Positions 34,803-41,580 of a stretch of 41,580 bases of DNA are shown here, piece after piece (the stretch's first letter is position 1; every line of letters starts with the position of its first letter). Origin of the DNA: Bacteroidaceae bacterium (GTDB lineage: Bacteria > Bacteroidota > Bacteroidia > Bacteroidales > Bacteroidaceae); assembly GCA_017631585.1 (NCBI GenBank), contig JAGBSZ010000003.1, forward strand, positions 1 to 41,580, written 5' to 3'. Both the position numbers and the translations under genes were made by a program. Below the pieces are notes generated by a model. It made no database searches, had not been told where the DNA came from, and saw only the letters and a program-made list of their open reading frames with translations.

Positions 34803-35884
34803 TCTTTTGGAATCCATTGGTTTATACCTCGCTGGTCGGCAATGAATGCTCCGCCTACAACCGTATTGCCACAATAGAACACAGCCGACTGCCCCGGAGT
34901 TATGGCAGAAACATGTTCATGCAAACAGACAAGCCAACGACCGTCACCCACAAGAACAGGCGCATCACATTCCACAGGACGACTGCGATAACGTACTCTT
35001 ACGGTAAGTTTTTCGGGAACACCGGCCACCCATTGTGGCTCCTCTACGAGCATATGGCGCGTCATTATCTGTTCCTCACTGCCAAGCATAACTGTATTTT
35101 TGGCAGGATTAATCTTTACCACATAAGCCGGATAACCAAGAGCAATACCAAGCCCTTTGCGCTGTCCTATTGTATAAAAAGGAAATCCTTTATGCTTGCC
35201 AAGGAAACGACCTTCGCAATCAACAAACGAGCCTCCACCGTAACGTTCCTCAATTCCCGAAACATTCTCTTTGAGAAAATCGCGATAATCACCGGGAATA
35301 AAACAGACCTCCATGCTCTCACCACCACCGGCAAGGGTTTCAAAACCATTTTTCTTCAGATACTCCACAACCGATGGTTTATCCATCCCCCCTAATGGCA
35401 GGATAAGCCGTGACAATTGTTGCTGGGTAAGCCTCCACAAGAAATAACTCTGGTCCTTGCGGTCATCATCCCCAGTGACTATATAATACTTTTTTTCATC
35501 ACCTGCATTTTCAGAAACCACCTTTACATAATGACCTGTGGCAATATATTCGCATCCAAGTTTGTCAGCCCACTCTTCGAGCAGGCGGAATTTGACCAGC
35601 GGATTGCAGTTGACACAAGGATTCGGGGTAAAACCTGACAAATAACTGTCGATAAATGGCTCAATGACCAATTTACGGAATTCATCGCGCACATCGGCGA
35701 TATGATGTTCCACCTCGAGCCTCGCGGCAAGTTCCTTTGCCGACTGCGCTGCCTTTTCACCGGCATCACACGTGATGAAAGTAAGACCTTTCACTTTGTA
35801 ACCTTGCGACAGCAGCATATGACATGTTGCAGTGCTGTCAATGCCACCGCTCATACCCACCAATACACTCTTTTCCTGCAACAT
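34799..35884 (-). CDS. mnmA: tRNA 2-thiouridine(34) synthase
   Basis: PP-loop [13 protein letters not shown], then ..NPCVNCN.. and ..ATGHY.. ; 361 aa. Confidence 0.93.
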   Translation of the reverse strand: MLQEKSVLVGMSGGIDSTATCHMLLSQGYKVKGLTFITCDAGEKAAQSAKELAARLEVEHHIADVRDEFRKLVIEPFIDSYLSGFTPNPCVNCNPLVKFRLLEEWADKLGCEYIATGHYVKVVSENAGDEKKYYIVTGDDDRKDQSYFLWRLTQQQLSRLILPLGGMDKPSVVEYLKKNGFETLAGGGESMEVCFIPGDYRDFLKENVSGIEERYGGGSFVDCEGRFLGKHKGFPFYTIGQRKGLGIALGYPAYVVKINPAKNTVMLGSEEQIMTRHMLVEEPQWVAGVPEKLTVRVRYRSRPVECDAPVLVGDGRWLVCLHEHVSAITPGQSAVFYCGNTVVGGAFIADQRGINQWIPKE

Positions 35885-35931
35885 ATATTATTACTGAAAC
35901 CTAGATATTATTATACTATCGTTTTTTTTGC

Positions 35932-35939
35932 TATTTTTG
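35932..35939 (+). promoter_or_regulatory. candidate -7 box TATTTTTG for the MATE transporter gene
   Basis: Matches TAnnTTTG; 71 nt upstream of ATG 36010. Confidence 0.3.
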
Positions 35940-36009
35940 CAAAGGCAAAAACACAATAGGACAAAGATATACTTTTTTTTGCCACAACATACAGACTTTA
36001 CATTTTTTT

Positions 36010-37392
36010 ATGAGCACAACAGTCAACAAGAAAGTACCGACAGAGCTTGGAACCGAGAGAATAGGCAAGCTCCTTATGCAATATGCCATCCCTGCCATCA
36101 TTGCACAGATAGCGGCATCACTGTACAACCTTATAGACCGCGCTTTCATTGGACACATCCCGAATGTCGGAACCGATGCTATATCGGGACTTACAAACAC
36201 TTTCCCGTTCATGAACCTCTCTGTAGCCTTCGGTGCGATGATAGGCGTCGGTGGTGCAACCATGATTTCGGTACGTCTGGGACAACGCGACTACGATTCG
36301 GCAAAAAACATTTTGGGTAACCTTGTAACACTGAACATCATAGTCGGTGTCATTTTTGCCGCAGTATCATTCTTGTTCATCGATGATATTCTTCTCTTCT
36401 TCGGTGCCAGCGAGAACACTCTGCCCTATGCACGCGACTACATGGAAGTAATTCTGCTCGGTAACGTCATTACACACCTCTATTTCGGCATAAATGCCGC
36501 ATTGCGCTCATCGGGTCACCCACAACAGGCAATGACGGCAACCATAATGACCGTATTGTTCAATGCGATATTGACCCCGATATTGATTTTTGTATTCGGC
36601 ATGGGAATACGCGGTGCGGCACTTGCCACCATCCTAGCGCAAGCCATAACACTTGCATGGCAGACAAAACTGTTGAGCAACCCCAACGAACTACTGCATC
36701 TTCAGAGAGGCATATACAGGCTGAGAGGCAATATCGTAAAGAAAGTGTTGCGTATAGGCATGTCGCCTTTCCTTATCAACACCGCCGCATGTATAGTGGT
36801 AATCATTATAAACAAAGGATTACGCGAGAACAGCATATCGATAGAAGACGGCGACATCTCAACCGCGGCATACGGTATTTCCAACAGCATGCAGTTCATT
36901 TTTGTAATGATTGTACTTGGACTTACACAGGGAATGCAACCTATCGTAAGTTACAACTATGGGGCCAAACATCCTGAAAGAGTACGCAAGGCACTTACAT
37001 TGACTATATTGTGGGCGACATTGATAACTACAGTAGGATTTGCTGTGTGCATAGGTTTTCCGGGATTCGTTGCACGAATATTCACATCAGAGCCTGCACT
37101 TATAGAGCGTGCATCATGGGCAATGAGAATAATGTGTATGTTCATGCCTATCATAGGCTTCCAGCTCGTAACGACCAACTTCTTCCAAAGCATAGGCAAG
37201 GTAAACAAATCGATATTCCTGTCGCTCACACGACAGGTGCTCATGCTGATACCTCTACTTATAATCCTTCCACACTTCTTTGGTGAAAAGGGTGTCTGGT
37301 ACAGCATACCGATTTCGGATTTGGTCGCAGCCATACTTACCGTTATAACACTCGGCATACAGTTCAAAGAGTGGAAGAAAGAAAAAATGTAA
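36010..37392 (+). CDS. MATE family efflux transporter
   Basis: 460 aa with 12 predicted TM segments. The N-terminus ..IGKLLMQYAIPAIIAQIAASLYNLIDRAFIG.. is the MATE/NorM-type signature. Confidence 0.88.
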   Translation: MSTTVNKKVPTELGTERIGKLLMQYAIPAIIAQIAASLYNLIDRAFIGHIPNVGTDAISGLTNTFPFMNLSVAFGAMIGVGGATMISVRLGQRDYDSAKNILGNLVTLNIIVGVIFAAVSFLFIDDILLFFGASENTLPYARDYMEVILLGNVITHLYFGINAALRSSGHPQQAMTATIMTVLFNAILTPILIFVFGMGIRGAALATILAQAITLAWQTKLLSNPNELLHLQRGIYRLRGNIVKKVLRIGMSPFLINTAACIVVIIINKGLRENSISIEDGDISTAAYGISNSMQFIFVMIVLGLTQGMQPIVSYNYGAKHPERVRKALTLTILWATLITTVGFAVCIGFPGFVARIFTSEPALIERASWAMRIMCMFMPIIGFQLVTTNFFQSIGKVNKSIFLSLTRQVLMLIPLLIILPHFFGEKGVWYSIPISDLVAAILTVITLGIQFKEWKKEKM

Positions 37393-37410
37393 ACCTAAAA
37401 GAAGATAACC

Positions 37411-38028
37411 ATGAAGAATTTCATCATTTCAATAGGACGCCAGCTCGGCAGCGGCGGCAAAGAGATTGCCGAAAAGTTAGGAGAGCTACTGAACATCAAG
37501 GTTTACGACAAGACTTTGCTTGAGGTTGCCGCAAAAGAGAGCGGTCTTGACACAACAGTATTCGAGACTGCCGACGAGCAGGACAATGTAGGTTTCTTCA
37601 GTGGTCTGTTCAGCATACATGGCTCTATGGGTGACTATATGCCTATCGGCGACTACATGGGAAACGACAAACTTTTCGAGATACAGAGCGAGACCATAAG
37701 GAATATTGCCGAAAGAGAAAACTGCATAATAGTGGGAAGATGTGCAGAATATGTATTGCGTGACCATCCAAGCATGATAAGCATATTCATTACCTCCGAC
37801 AACAACGACCGCATAGGACGTATTATGGAAAAAGAGGGGCTTGACTACGAAAAGGCTATAGATTTCATAGAAAAAGGCGACAAACGCCGCCGCTCTTATC
37901 ACGATTACTACGCTACAACACATTGGGGCGAGGCACGCAGTTACGACATATGCGTGAACTCATCAAAAATGGGAATAGAGGGTACAGTTGAATTACTTTA
38001 CAATTTCATAAAGAGCCGTTTCGCCTGA
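37411..38028 (+). CDS. cytidylate kinase-like family protein
   Basis: P-loop-like IGRQLGSGGKEIAEKLGELLNIKVYD, 205 aa; matches the Bacteroidetes/Firmicutes cytidylate kinase-like (AAA_33-type) family. The biochemical function is not established. Confidence 0.7.
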   Translation: MKNFIISIGRQLGSGGKEIAEKLGELLNIKVYDKTLLEVAAKESGLDTTVFETADEQDNVGFFSGLFSIHGSMGDYMPIGDYMGNDKLFEIQSETIRNIAERENCIIVGRCAEYVLRDHPSMISIFITSDNNDRIGRIMEKEGLDYEKAIDFIEKGDKRRRSYHDYYATTHWGEARSYDICVNSSKMGIEGTVELLYNFIKSRFA

Positions 38029-38519
38029 TGAAAAGAATCGGGGTTCTGTCGGATACCCACAGCTGCTGGGATGAAAAATTCGCTCATCATTTTGCCGATT
38101 GCGATGAAATATGGCATGCCGGTGACATTGGCAGCGGATTAATCATAGACCGTTTGGAAACCATTTGCCCGGTACGGGCTGTATATGGCAACATAGACGG
38201 ACAGGAGTTGCGTATGCGTTTCAGCGAGGTGCTACGATTCAAAGTAGAGAATTGCACTGTAATGATGAAACACATAGGTGGCTACCCCGGCAAGTACGAC
38301 CCATCAATCAGAAAAGCCCTTTACGAAGAGAAACCGGACATTTTCATTGCCGGACACTCGCATATATTAAAGGTAAAATATGACAACCTTATCGATTGTC
38401 TGCACATAAACCCCGGTGCAGCCGGCAAACAGGGCTGGCAACAGGTGCGTACACTTATAAAATTCACAATCGACGGCAAGGAGATAAAGGATCTTGAAGT
38501 GATAGAACTTTACAAATAA
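38028..38519 (+). CDS. YfcE/MJ0936-type metallophosphoesterase
   Basis: Calcineurin-like motifs ..GVLSDTH.., ..HAGD.., ..GNID.. and ..GHSH.. ; 163 aa. The start overlaps the upstream stop (TGATGA context). Confidence 0.85.
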   Translation: MKRIGVLSDTHSCWDEKFAHHFADCDEIWHAGDIGSGLIIDRLETICPVRAVYGNIDGQELRMRFSEVLRFKVENCTVMMKHIGGYPGKYDPSIRKALYEEKPDIFIAGHSHILKVKYDNLIDCLHINPGAAGKQGWQQVRTLIKFTIDGKEIKDLEVIELYK

Positions 38520-38900
38520 TCATTTATTACGTTCTATTTCGTTCGGAATACGATAGGCAGTGTAAAGTTCTACGAAAGCACCACATGAGAGCAGCACTAT
38601 CCATTCGTTATTCGTATGGGTAAACATCAATACTCCTGCAGCTACAAACAACAAACCGGCAAGCTGTTGTTGCATGACAAGACGACGGACTGTAACCGAG
38701 CCACCACGCGGACGCATCAAGAACTGCGCTACCGCAAAAACAACCGCACCTATTATATATATAAGAGCATAATATTCGGGCAAAAACATCCTTGCTACAG
38801 CGCCGAACAGCAATGCAGCGGCACCCAACATGTATAAAGCTTTAATTATTTTCATATCAAGAAGTTGTTTAAAAATCCAAAATAGTTTCCAATTATTCAA
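38520..38900 (-). CDS. small multi-TM membrane protein, unknown function
   Basis: 126 aa with 3-4 hydrophobic segments. It overlaps the stop of the ftsB-like gene. An internal start at MKIIKALYML is possible. Confidence 0.5.
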   Translation of the reverse strand: MNNWKLFWIFKQLLDMKIIKALYMLGAAALLFGAVARMFLPEYYALIYIIGAVVFAVAQFLMRPRGGSVTVRRLVMQQQLAGLLFVAAGVLMFTHTNNEWIVLLSCGAFVELYTAYRIPNEIERNK

Positions 38901-39195
38901 TTACAAAAACATCCTCGTTATCCTTATGCATATCGTACTTCTCACGGGCGAGTTCCTCGATAGCATCCACATCACCCCTATAATCCAGGCGGTTCTGACG
39001 TTTTACAATCTCGGCTGAATCACGTTTCATTGTTGCAATTTCGTCTTCAAGTTCCGAAATGACAGCCTGATTCCTGATATGTTTGAACATATTGTTATCA
39101 TCTATGACAACAATTATAAGAAGAAAGACAACGGTTACCGAAAGATACTTGTGTCTCTTTATCCAATCCAATACCGGAAGTATTTTTTTGAGCAT
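38893..39195 (-). CDS. septum formation initiator (FtsB/DivIC-like) family protein
   Basis: 100 aa with one N-terminal TM (..YLSVTVVFLLIIVVI..) followed by a coiled coil (..ISELEDEIATMKRDSAEI..) and the ..EELAREKY.M...ED.F tail typical of this family. Confidence 0.75.
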   Translation of the reverse strand: MLKKILPVLDWIKRHKYLSVTVVFLLIIVVIDDNNMFKHIRNQAVISELEDEIATMKRDSAEIVKRQNRLDYRGDVDAIEELAREKYDMHKDNEDVFVIE

Positions 39196-39226
39196 ACAGC
39201 AAAAGTAATATTTAAAGATTCATTCG

Positions 39227-39234
39227 CAAAGATA
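39227..39234 (-). promoter_or_regulatory. candidate -7 box TATCTTTG for the ftsB-like operon (within 17-mer CTATCTTTGCGAATGAA, 39219-39235)
   Basis: Matches TAnnTTTG on the minus strand; 32 nt upstream of ATG 39195. The 17-mer is identical to the one in front of dnaX. Confidence 0.55.
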
Positions 39235-39402
39235 GTAACAAATCTGCGGGTAAGCGAGTATAAATCAAATTTATTTGATTTTACCGCGAGCGAAAGCAGA
39301 TTCGGCAAAGCCAAACGAGCGAGAAAAATGAAGTTTACTTCAGTTTTTTCACAGCGAGTGCAGATAATGTTCGAGCTTTAGCTCAAAGATACTAAAATTT
39401 GC

Positions 39403-39410
39403 TATCTTTG
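39403..39410 (+). promoter_or_regulatory. candidate -7 box TATCTTTG for dnaX (within 17-mer CTATCTTTGCGAATGAA, 39402-39418)
   Basis: Matches TAnnTTTG; 30 nt upstream of ATG 39440. It is a mirror copy of the box at 39227-39234. Confidence 0.55.
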
Positions 39411-39439
39411 CGAATGAACTCCGAAAATTTGAAATAAAG

Positions 39440-41263
39440 ATGGAAAATTATATTGTTTCGGCAAGAAAATATCGTCCGGACACATTTGAATCGGTTGTAT
39501 CGCAAAAATCATTGACTACAACGCTCAAAAATGCCATACAAACCGGAAAACTGGCGCACGCATATCTGTTCTGCGGTCCACGCGGAGTGGGAAAAACCAC
39601 ATGTGCGCGTATATTCGCAAAGACAATCAACTGTCAGGCACTCACTGCTGACGGCGAGCCTTGCAATGAATGCGAATCGTGCCGTTCATTCAACGAACAG
39701 CGTTCCTATTCAATATATGAACTTGACGCGGCAAGCAACAACTCGGTTGAGGACATCCGATCACTGAACGAGCAGGTACGCATACCGCCGCAGGTTGGAA
39801 AGTACAAGGTGTATATCATCGACGAGGTACACATGCTGTCACAGGCTGCATTCAACGCATTCCTCAAGACTCTTGAGGAGCCACCTGCACATGCCATATT
39901 CATTCTTGCCACAACCGAAAAGCACAAGATTATCCCGACAATCCTTTCACGTTGCCAGATATATGATTTCAGCCGTATCGACGTGGCTGATATAATATCA
40001 CACTTGCAGAACATTGCCGGAAAAGAGAATATAAACACCGAATATGAAGCTCTTCGCATAATTGCGCAGAAATCGGACGGTTGCATGCGCGACGCACTAT
40101 CGCTGTTCGACCAGATGGCAAGCTTTACACAAGGCGACCTGACATACAACAAGGTGATAGAGAGCCTGAATGTACTCGATTATGAATATTACTTCAGACT
40201 CACTGATTTTATTCTTGAAAAGAAGATTTCACAATGCCTGTTGCTTTTCAATGAGATTCTCAACAAAGGATTTGACGGAAATATTTTCATAGAGGGAGCC
40301 GCATCTCACTTCAGAAACTTGCTTGTAAACAGCGATGAAGCCACCACAACCCTCTTCGAAGGCAGTGCGGAATTGCGAAACAGATACATTGAGCAGGCAA
40401 GAAGATGCAAGCCCCAGCTATTGTTCAAAGCCATAAAGCTCTGCAACAACTGCTGTATGAATTACCGAACAAGCCGAAACAAACGTCTGTTGGTGGAGCT
40501 GACACTGATAGAACTGGTACAATGTGGCGACAACGACAGCGACGATGGCAGTGGGCGTAGCCCAAAAATATTAAAACCAATTTTCAGCAGCCTCGCAAAG
40601 AGTGAGGTTGCCATGCCTCAGGCTAAAAATGAAGCAAGTGTTGCAAAACCGGCACAGGCAGTAACAGAGAGCCCCAGAACTGTTCAACGACCTGTAACAG
40701 CGACAGCTGAACCACAGACCGTCACACAACCCACAATGCAAGGCAGACCTGTCGAACTGCAGACAAGGCGAAGCGAAGGCACCAGCCTTGGAGGTATGTT
40801 CCGCAAGTCGAGGAGCATAATGGGAACAACCGACACAAACAGACCGGCAACAACGATAAGCACGAATACAACCATTGCCGAAAAGATTGAGACAAGAAAG
40901 ACGCTTACAAATGAACTGATTGGCAAAGCCTGGACTTCTGTAGCCCTGCAACTCCCTGAGAACGAAAGAGCTCTTGCCGACAGAATGAAGCTGATTATCC
41001 CTTCGCTTAGCACAGACAATACTTTTACTATCTCCGTAGATAACCAGATGGTAGCAGAATTGTTCGAAAGAGAAGCTCAGCGCATAATAAAAGGAATGAG
41101 GAGCGACCTTGGAGACGTTGATATAAAAATGGCTGTCAATGTAAACAAAGTGGTTATTGAGAGACATGTCAGCGACAAAGGAAAACAATATGAGATATTG
41201 AAAGAGAAGAATCCTCTAATAGAAAAATTGAGAGTGGAACTCAATCTGGAACTTGCAAGATAA
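39440..41263 (+). CDS. dnaX: DNA polymerase III subunit gamma/tau
   Basis: ..ARKYRPDTFESVV.Q......L.NAI..GKLAHAYLFCGPRGVGKTTCARIFAK.., a zinc module CNECESC, and the SRC motif ILSRCQ. 607 aa with a low-complexity middle region. Confidence 0.95.
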   Translation: MENYIVSARKYRPDTFESVVSQKSLTTTLKNAIQTGKLAHAYLFCGPRGVGKTTCARIFAKTINCQALTADGEPCNECESCRSFNEQRSYSIYELDAASNNSVEDIRSLNEQVRIPPQVGKYKVYIIDEVHMLSQAAFNAFLKTLEEPPAHAIFILATTEKHKIIPTILSRCQIYDFSRIDVADIISHLQNIAGKENINTEYEALRIIAQKSDGCMRDALSLFDQMASFTQGDLTYNKVIESLNVLDYEYYFRLTDFILEKKISQCLLLFNEILNKGFDGNIFIEGAASHFRNLLVNSDEATTTLFEGSAELRNRYIEQARRCKPQLLFKAIKLCNNCCMNYRTSRNKRLLVELTLIELVQCGDNDSDDGSGRSPKILKPIFSSLAKSEVAMPQAKNEASVAKPAQAVTESPRTVQRPVTATAEPQTVTQPTMQGRPVELQTRRSEGTSLGGMFRKSRSIMGTTDTNRPATTISTNTTIAEKIETRKTLTNELIGKAWTSVALQLPENERALADRMKLIIPSLSTDNTFTISVDNQMVAELFEREAQRIIKGMRSDLGDVDIKMAVNVNKVVIERHVSDKGKQYEILKEKNPLIEKLRVELNLELAR

Positions 41264-41283
41264 ACAAGTCAAAAAACATAGCT

Positions 41284-41317
41284 TATAGCGTTTCTTCCAA
41301 ATGGAGGGAACGCTATA
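41284..41317 (+). terminator. probable dnaX terminator hairpin
   Basis: TATAGCGTTTCTTCC - AAAT - GGAGGGAACGCTATA. A 15-bp stem including two T-G (U-G) pairs that only work on the plus strand, 21 nt after the stop. The following tract ATATTAAT is only weakly U-rich. Confidence 0.55.
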
Positions 41318-41580
41318 ATATTAATGAACATTCTGAAGATTTACAACTCTTTTCGAGACATTATTTTCTTCTCAAAATTATTTTCAAATAAAAAAATAAA
41401 TTGCCTTATATAGATTTATTCTAAATAAAAAGAACAACATCCACAAAAATGACAAAATAGTCCCAGAGAAAGCGAAAAACAAGAAAAACAGAGATAAAAC
41501 GGATGTTTCCGTATAGAATACCGACAGAAAAACTACACTTATTTCATTGATAATCAACGTATAAAAAATTTCACACAAAA

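Noticed and set aside
39196-39439. Possible SRP (4.5S/ffs) RNA gene upstream of dnaX, as in several other bacteria
   Set aside because: I looked on both strands for the conserved domain IV core (GGAA-type tetraloop with flanking ..GGUCC../..AGCAGCC..-like strands) and did not find it. The inverted repeat here is better explained by two divergent promoters.
39440-41263. Programmed -1 frameshift site in dnaX (A AAA AAG heptamer as in E. coli gamma/tau)
   Set aside because: I scanned the gene and did not see an AAAAAAG heptamer. There is no sequence evidence for frameshifting here.
41384-41578. 64-aa hydrophobic minus-strand ORF at the window end
   Set aside because: It lies in a very AT-rich stretch where Phe/Leu/Ile-rich frames arise by chance. 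It has no upstream promoter box or recognisable motif and is truncated context at the window edge. There is not enough support to call it.

Overview
The window looks like a densely packed, mostly housekeeping chromosomal segment of a Bacteroidales (Bacteroidota) bacterium. The phylum call rests on Bacteroides-type TAnnTTTG -7 promoter boxes, a T9SS C-terminal sorting tail, a GH3-family gene, an ExbB/ExbD cluster and a glutaminyl-cyclase-like M28 gene. I call about 38 protein genes: tadA, cstA, recQ, recJ, sufE, cysS, a dsbD-like gene, thyA-folA, exbB/exbD, lpxK, a PNP gene, thiL, mrp, trmB, ilvE, xseAB, mnmA, a MATE pump, dnaX and others. There is also one tRNA-Ser(GGA) and several clear bidirectional intrinsic terminators. 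I see no defence island, CRISPR array, transposase, integrase or prophage. Two things stand out. (1) A single 1,889-codon ORF (6034-11703) fuses a GH20 beta-N-acetylhexosaminidase to a GH33 sialidase, with several lectin-like modules and a T9SS sorting tail. (2) Directly downstream lies a 916-nt GC-richer gap with no credible coding capacity (11704-12619), by far the longest in the window. It is full of structured repeats. Two tandem 132-nt units each fold into a ~78-nt three-tier hairpin. All 12 differences between the two hairpins are either compensatory pair changes (4 pairs) or fall in unpaired positions. Conserved G-U pairs only work on the + strand. These units are bracketed by two copies of a ~60-nt two-hairpin module and closed by a perfect 21-bp hairpin. 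I think this is a candidate undescribed structured-RNA locus or a REP/MITE-like structured repeat. I could not match it to any RNA family I know, and without searches this stays a hypothesis. Remaining observations are lower-interest: twin divergent promoters with an identical 17-mer, translationally coupled gene pairs, and small unknown membrane proteins.
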